Shown here: in pieces, positions 9,388 to 14,539 of the stretch | How the letters are laid out: every line of letters begins with the position of its first letter | Position numbering within the stretch: the first letter of the stretch is position 1 | Source of the DNA: Octopus sinensis | Lineage: Eukaryota | Length of the DNA stretch: 14,539 nucleotides | Assembly (NCBI RefSeq): GCF_006345805.1 | Contig: NW_021825777.1 | Span: forward strand, 1-14,539 | Direction: 5' to 3' | The notes under the pieces: generated by a model | What the model was told of the DNA's origin: nothing | The model's database searches: none | What the model saw: the letters and a program-made list of their open reading frames with translations, nothing else | Program-made: the position numbers and the translations under genes

Positions 9388-9536
9388 GAGATGAGGAATC
9401 ATCTACATTATTTACATCATTTCTAATCTTGTTTTTTGTTAACACAGCGTTTCGGCTGATGTACCCTCCAGCCTTCATCAGGTGTCATGGGGGAATTTCG
9501 AACCTGGGTTCTCATTCCTAAGGTATTTTCCGATGT
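9388..9536 (-). mobile_element. Short HHR-bearing repeat unit (Penelope-like pseudo-LTR fragment)
   Basis: Contains minimal HHR 9441-9486; abuts (TAT)n; boundaries approximate. Confidence 0.6.
9441..9486 (-). ncRNA. Minimal type-I hammerhead ribozyme (this copy U16.1->C)
   Basis: Minus strand: GACAC CUGAUGA A GGCUG gaggguacau CAGCC GAAA CG C U GUGUU; helix I GACAC/GUGUU, helix II GGCUG/CAGCC. Confidence 0.8.
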
Positions 9537-10094
9537 TATTATTAATATTATTATTATTATTGAGTGAGAGAGCAGTGCATGCCATCAAAGTGACACTGGG
9601 GTAAAATATACGAAGCCCAGTGTACCCGTCATGACTACCGGTCTGATAAGAGCACACCAGACACATGCATCACAACCATATGTGCGTGACATGGTGATCT
9701 CATATCAAGATAAACAGCTCATGACCTTGCAGGTGGGGGTCCAGTTAGAATTTTCTTCTGGTCAAGTAACCCATCCTGCTCAAAATGTCCCTGAATAAGG
9801 ATTGTTTAAGGATGTTGAACGAAACACCCATGTTTCCAGAGGTGAATTATTCAAACCCCAAAGAATCCCTCTCAAAACATGGCTATGATGCTCCCTTACT
9901 ACTTCTGCTCGTGATCAGAGATGCACATATCGTCAGCCACTAAAGGACATGCTCAACTGGTTAAGGTCAAACAACTGACAAGCAAATCTGTGGTATTGAG
10001 CAGAATATTTGCCGTAGCCCATCTTTTATGCCAAGACAAAACAATGTGCATGATAACACATCCAATCAGTTAAAATCAGAAACCACTGCCTGGT

Positions 10095-10095
<1 letters not shown>
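9537..10095 (-). mobile_element. Putative non-coding non-LTR retroelement (3' UTR or non-autonomous derivative) with (AAT)n tail
   Basis: ~530 bp of complex sequence ending on the minus strand in ..ctctctcactc(AAT)n, with subterminal stem acactggg/cccagtgt (9593-9623); no convincing ORF. Confidence 0.5.
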
Positions 10096-10372
<277 letters not shown>

Positions 10373-10520
10373 TCTCGGCGAGAAGGAGGATGAAGAGGAA
10401 TGAATTATACAGGGTGGCGGCGTGTCTTGAAAGGTGTAGAGTAGAGGCTGGCTGACCTGACTCCATAATAAATAGTCATTATAAAAGACCAGGTGTGTTC
10501 CGCGGAAAAATTAGGTCTCG

Positions 10521-10533
10521 GGGTCAAAGTTCA
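10521..10533 (+). promoter_or_regulatory. Nuclear-receptor DR1-type site GGGTCA-A-AGTTCA
   Basis: Matches the HNF4/RXR/COUP-type DR1 consensus; motif match only. Confidence 0.25.
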
Positions 10534-10654
10534 ATCGGAGAAGACGTGACGGGCTCTTAACCCCTCTTACTCCACCACACCACCTCCATTATTTTCTTTC
10601 TTTCTCTCATTTGTCAAAAGGAAACTAGTCAAGTGTTTGATCCAAGTTCACTGC

Positions 10655-10711
10655 CCCCACCATCACCACCTCCTACCTACAAAACTTCCATCACCACTCC
10701 CAACACCACAA

Positions 10712-10752
<41 letters not shown>

Positions 10753-11582
10753 TCTGTACTCCTATCACAACAGAGTAAAAATACCCCACCACAAACAATT
10801 CTAAAATTACTATCATTATATACCCTTTTCTCTAGCAGCGGTACCACCGGCAGCACTAATGCCACCACTCCCACTATACTACTACCACCACCACCACCAC
10901 CACCACCACCACTACACCACTACCATCACCATCACCACCACCACCACCACCACCACCACTGCCAGCAACGAACCAACAATACTAATGTCAGAACTACCAT
11001 TATCACTATCACCACCACCATCACCAACCATTATTACCATCAACATCACCACCACCACTACCGATACCAAAATCACTACCACCATTACCACCACCATATC
11101 ACTATCACACCCACCACCACCACCACCAACACTCACCACCACCACCACCACACCCACCAAATCATCATCACCACCACCAACCAATATCACCACCACCACC
11201 ACCACCACCACCACCAATATCACCCCACCACACCACCATCACCACCACCACCACCCACCATCACCACACCATCACCCCACCACCCCACCACCATCACCAC
11301 CACCATCACCACAACACCACCACCACCACCACTACATCATTATCACTATCGCCGACAGCACCACCATCACCACTGACACCTCAGCTGCCACCACCGTCAC
11401 CGCCGCCGTCACCACCATCTGCATAACGTCCACCACCATCACAACCCTCTCTACAACCTTCACCATCACTCCACCACCAACAACACCACCGCCGCCACCA
11501 CCAACACCACCACCACCACCACCACCACCGTCACTGTCACCGCCACAGTCACCGTCACCTCCTCTACCATTCCTAACCACCG
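10655..11582. repeat. Degenerate (CAC/CAT)n low-complexity tract including (CT)n at 10715-10755
   Basis: Poly-H/P/T in all frames; no consistent coding frame. Confidence 0.93.
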
Positions 11583-11688
11583 TCTCCGCGGAAGTTATTT
11601 TTAAGGTTACGTATGGATCAATAAGATATGCTGGTTAGCGATGATCAGTTGCTGTATTTACGTTGTTATTAGATACGAGTTAAGGCGT

Positions 11689-11750
11689 TGACCTTTCTGG
11701 GTTCACAGAGGTCAGTCACAATGCACCTGTTGACCCCTCACCAGCAGGTG
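11689..11750. promoter_or_regulatory. Cluster of nuclear-receptor half-sites (DR3 GGTTCA-cag-AGGTCA) and two CAGGTG E-boxes
   Basis: TGACCT 11689, GGTTCA 11700, AGGTCA 11709, TGACCC 11731, CACCTG 11724, CAGGTG 11745; motif match only. Confidence 0.25.
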
Positions 11751-11832
11751 TTAAGATGCTGCATTAAAGCATCGACTGGTGAAGTTAAAAGAAATTTCTT
11801 TGTCCAAGAATACAAAATATATGGAACATGTA

Positions 11833-11965
11833 TCTTTTATCTTTTGCTTATTTCAGTCATTGGACAGCGGCCATGCTGGAGCACCGCCTTGTAGGGTTTA
11901 GTGGAATAAATCGACTCCAGTACTTATCTGTCTTTTATGAAGTCTGGTACTTATTCGGTTTGTTC
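11833..11965 (-). mobile_element. SINE family B 3' half, followed by (CA)n-rich tract 11990-12085
   Basis: tttcagtcattggacagcggccatgctggagcaccgcc matches 7153-7192. Confidence 0.85.
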
Positions 11966-12151
11966 CAGCAGTGGGAGATGAATGTAAACTCATACACGAA
12001 CACGCACTCAACACACACACACACGCACACACGCATGCAAACGCAAACGCAAACGCACACACAAACCACACACATACACACACAAATGTAAGATCCAAGG
12101 ATCAAGGTGTAGGAAGAAGGTAGGCTTGAAGCGATCCATAGAAAATAAGAA

Positions 12152-12597
12152 GGCGGCGAGCTGGCAGAAACGTTAACACGCCGGGCGAAGTGCTTAGGGG
12201 TATTTCGTCTGCCATTACGTTCTGAGTTCAAATTCCGCCGAGGTCAAATTCTGCCTTTCATCCTTTCGGGATTGATAAATTAAGTACCAGTTACGCACTG
12301 GGGTCGATATAATCGACTTTATCCATTTGTCTGTCCTTGTTGGTCCTCTCTGTGTTTAGTCCCTAGTGGGTAGTAAAGAAATAGGTATTTCGTCTGCCGT
12401 TACGTTCTGGGTTCAAATTCCGCCGACGTCGACTTTGCCTTTCACCCTTTCGTGGTCGATAAATAAAGCGCTAGTTACGCACTGGGGTCGATAAATGAAG
12501 TACCAGTTACGCCCTGGGGTCGATGTAATCGACTTAATCCCTTTGTCCGTCCTTGTTTGTCCCCTCTGTGTTTAGCCCCTTGTGAGCAATAAAGAAA
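12152..12597 (+). mobile_element. Dimeric SINE family A, full length
   Basis: Head ggcggcgagctggcagaaacg; monomer 1 ends taaagaaata (12383); monomer 2 starts ggtatttcgtctgcc (12384); extra ~32-bp module at ~12455-12520. Confidence 0.95.
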
Positions 12598-12908
12598 GGA
12601 GAAAATATATAAAAAACTGATTCCAGGAACAATAGTAGTTTATTAGGGTAGAAGGTTGTGGAATTGTTCCTTATGAAAGCACAATAAACCTTAAAAAAAT
12701 AATTTTAAATTTCATGGTAGGCAGCTATGGTTGCCAGATACAAGAGTTAAGGAATAGAATAGATAAAATCCGAGTGACATATCTTTCATAGCAAGCGGTA
12801 CCTCGGAATTGATAAATATCAAAGCGAAGCTACTCGTCGGACCAAAGGTTTCTTGATTAAATGGAGTTTACCTTGTCGTAAGGAGGTACGGGCTAACACA
12901 TGGAAGAT

Positions 12909-12921
12909 AGCGCGCGCGCAC

Positions 12922-12970
<49 letters not shown>

Positions 12971-12977
12971 ATATATA
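12909..12977. repeat. (GC)n-(CA)n-(TA)n microsatellite
   Basis: Tandem units. Confidence 0.95.
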
Positions 12978-13505
12978 CAAGGTCTGATCAATAAGTATCC
13001 GGACGGGTGTTATAAAAACAAAACTACAACACGTCCCAATTTGGCATTTAATCTCCTTCAAAATAGTCCTCTTCGGAAACCGTTTCCATTGATAGAAGCA
13101 TTCCTGGAACGCATTTTCTGGGATAATCAGCAGCTGCCTCGTCACATTTTGATTTTCTCGACGTCCTGAAATTTTCGTTTGAAGCGAGATTTGATTTTTG
13201 GAAAGAGGAGAAAAGACGTAAGGGGGCGAGATCTGGAGGAAAACGGCAGCTGTAGGACGTGGTGAATGCTGTGTCTCGCCAAAAACTGTTGTACAAGCTG
13301 CGCTGAATGAACAGGTGCGTCGTCATCTGCAAGAAGTTTTGGCACAAACTTCGCAGACACGCGTCTCATATCCAAATCTTCAGTTATAATGGATTGAACT
13401 GAACCGTAGCTAATCTGCGCATCCTCTGACAACTCACCGATGGTGATTCAACGATTTCCTCTCACAGCTGCACGCACATCTACGATATTTTTCGCAGCGT
13501 ACGTA
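12978..13505 (-). mobile_element. Mariner DNA transposon remnant, 5'-truncated and internally deleted
   Basis: TA (12976-12977) followed by TIR-like caaggtctgatcaataagtatccgga just downstream of the transposase stop; transposase motifs upstream. Confidence 0.92.
13048..13497 (-). pseudogene. Mariner (DD34D-type) transposase pseudogene
   Basis: Across frames: KNIVDVRAAVRGNR*ITIGELSEDAQISYGSVQSIITEDLDMRRVSAKFVPKLL / DAPVHSA / PPDLAP / FLLFPKIK / IPENAFQECFYQWK / DYFEGD*; stop codon, frameshifts and a large deletion. Confidence 0.93.
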
Positions 13506-13526
13506 CACTTTGGTCTCTTATATATA

Positions 13527-13706
13527 TGATAGATCGTGAGCCACTACACACATTTTTTCTCTCCTTGTTTTTTCTGTGTCCCTTTCTGTAGAAGAGCGTA
13601 GGCTCGAACGTAAAGACTTTTTCTATTCCTGAGCGTTTATACTAATACATCTGTTTTGTTTACACCACCTGTCTTCGTCTTTTTTTTTTTTTCGTAAACT
13701 CTCCCT
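13527..13706 (+). mobile_element. Short repeat unit embedded in (TA)n carrying an HHR-like motif (Penelope-like fragment)
   Basis: Flanked on both sides by (TA)n (13519-13527, 13706-13722); contains motif 13578-13617. Confidence 0.5.
13578..13617 (+). ncRNA. Degenerate minimal hammerhead-like motif
   Basis: GUCCCUUU CUGUAGA A GAGC guag GCUC GAA(-)C GUA AAGAC; helix II perfect, core has A6->U and one A missing from GAAA. Confidence 0.5.
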
Positions 13707-13722
13707 ATATATATATATATAT

Positions 13723-13929
13723 TTGTGTGTGTGTGTATGTGTCTTTGAGTTTGTCCTCCCATCACTGCTTGACAAACGTAGCTTAGAGGTTCGGCAAAAC
13801 AAACCGATAGAATACGTACTAAGCTTTTCAAACAATAAGTCTTGGAGGGGGGGGGCGGATTTCTTCGATTAAAACGCCTTTAAGGCGGTGCTCCAGCATG
13901 ACAGCAATCTAATGACTGAGATAAGAGAA
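13723..13929 (+). mobile_element. SINE family B 3' half
   Basis: gcttgacaa..ggttcggcaaaa..ccgatagaatacgtact..ggcggtgctccagcatg..aatgactga is the reverse complement of 7150-7345. Confidence 0.85.
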
Positions 13930-14026
13930 TGAAAGAACCGCCACTCAAGGGCAAGCTTCTCCAATCGTACATATATATATATGTATATATATGTGTGTGT
14001 GTGTGTGTGTGTGCGTGTATGTGTGT

Positions 14027-14337
14027 GTGGAGGCGCAATGGTCAAGTGGTTAGGGCAGGTGACTCGCGATCGGAGGATCGCGGTTTCGATTCCCAGACCG
14101 GGCGTTGTGTGTGTTTATTGAGCGAAAACACCTAAAAGCTCCACGAGTCTCCGGAGGGGGCGGTGGCGACCCCTGTAGTGCTCTTTCGCCACGACTTTAT
14201 CTCACTCTCTCTTCCTGTTTCTTGAGTAACGCTGCGATGGACTGGCGTCCCGTCCAGCTGTGGGGAACACATACGCCACAGAAACCGGAAAACCAGGCCC
14301 CTGAGCCTGGCCAGGCTTGAAAAGGGCGAAAAAAAAA
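14027..14337 (+). mobile_element. SINE family C variant with alternative (V-domain-like) 3' module and A tail
   Basis: First ~190 bp align with 8805-8998; then ctgcgatggactggcgtcccgtccag..cagaaaccgg..aaaaaaaaa. Confidence 0.9.
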
Positions 14338-14381
14338 TATTTACACACACACACACACAAACTCACACACATATATATATA

Positions 14382-14539
14382 TATTTCTTTATTGCCCAGA
14401 AGGTTCTAACATTGAGGGGACAAACAGGACAGACAAAGGGATTAAGTCGATTACATCGACCCCAGTGCGAAACTGATACTTTATTTATCGACCCCGAAAA
14501 GATGAAAGGCAAAGTAGACCTTGGCGGAATTTGAACTCA
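14382..14539 (-). mobile_element. SINE family A 3' portion, cut by window edge
   Basis: Aligns with 8213-8367. Confidence 0.93.

Overview
Eukaryotic, AT-rich, gene-free (intronic or intergenic) DNA made almost entirely of microsatellites and transposable-element debris. The SINE families and microsatellite density resemble what I recall of octopus/coleoid cephalopod genomes; this is inference, not a database result. No intact protein-coding gene is supported, and nearly all listed ORFs are translations of simple repeats. Recognisable elements: (i) three tRNA-derived SINE families (my labels A, B, C) in about 18 full or partial copies, including dimers, a head-to-tail array and a 3'-module swap; (ii) an internally deleted mariner transposase pseudogene with one TIR (12978-13505); (iii) a Tc2/pogo-type MITE with TA target duplication that carries a nested SINE (7928-8665); (iv) a tiny LINE AP-endonuclease relic; (v) a ~530-bp non-coding unit with an (AAT)n tail. 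The most interesting signal is minimal type-I hammerhead-ribozyme (HHR) cores in three unrelated short repeat units, each abutting a microsatellite: 9441-9486 (-), 13578-13617 (+), and a tandemly duplicated unit at 2880-3543 (-) with one core per copy and an inverted end. This architecture matches Penelope-like pseudo-LTRs or retrozymes. Every copy here deviates from the canonical core, so catalytic activity is unproven.
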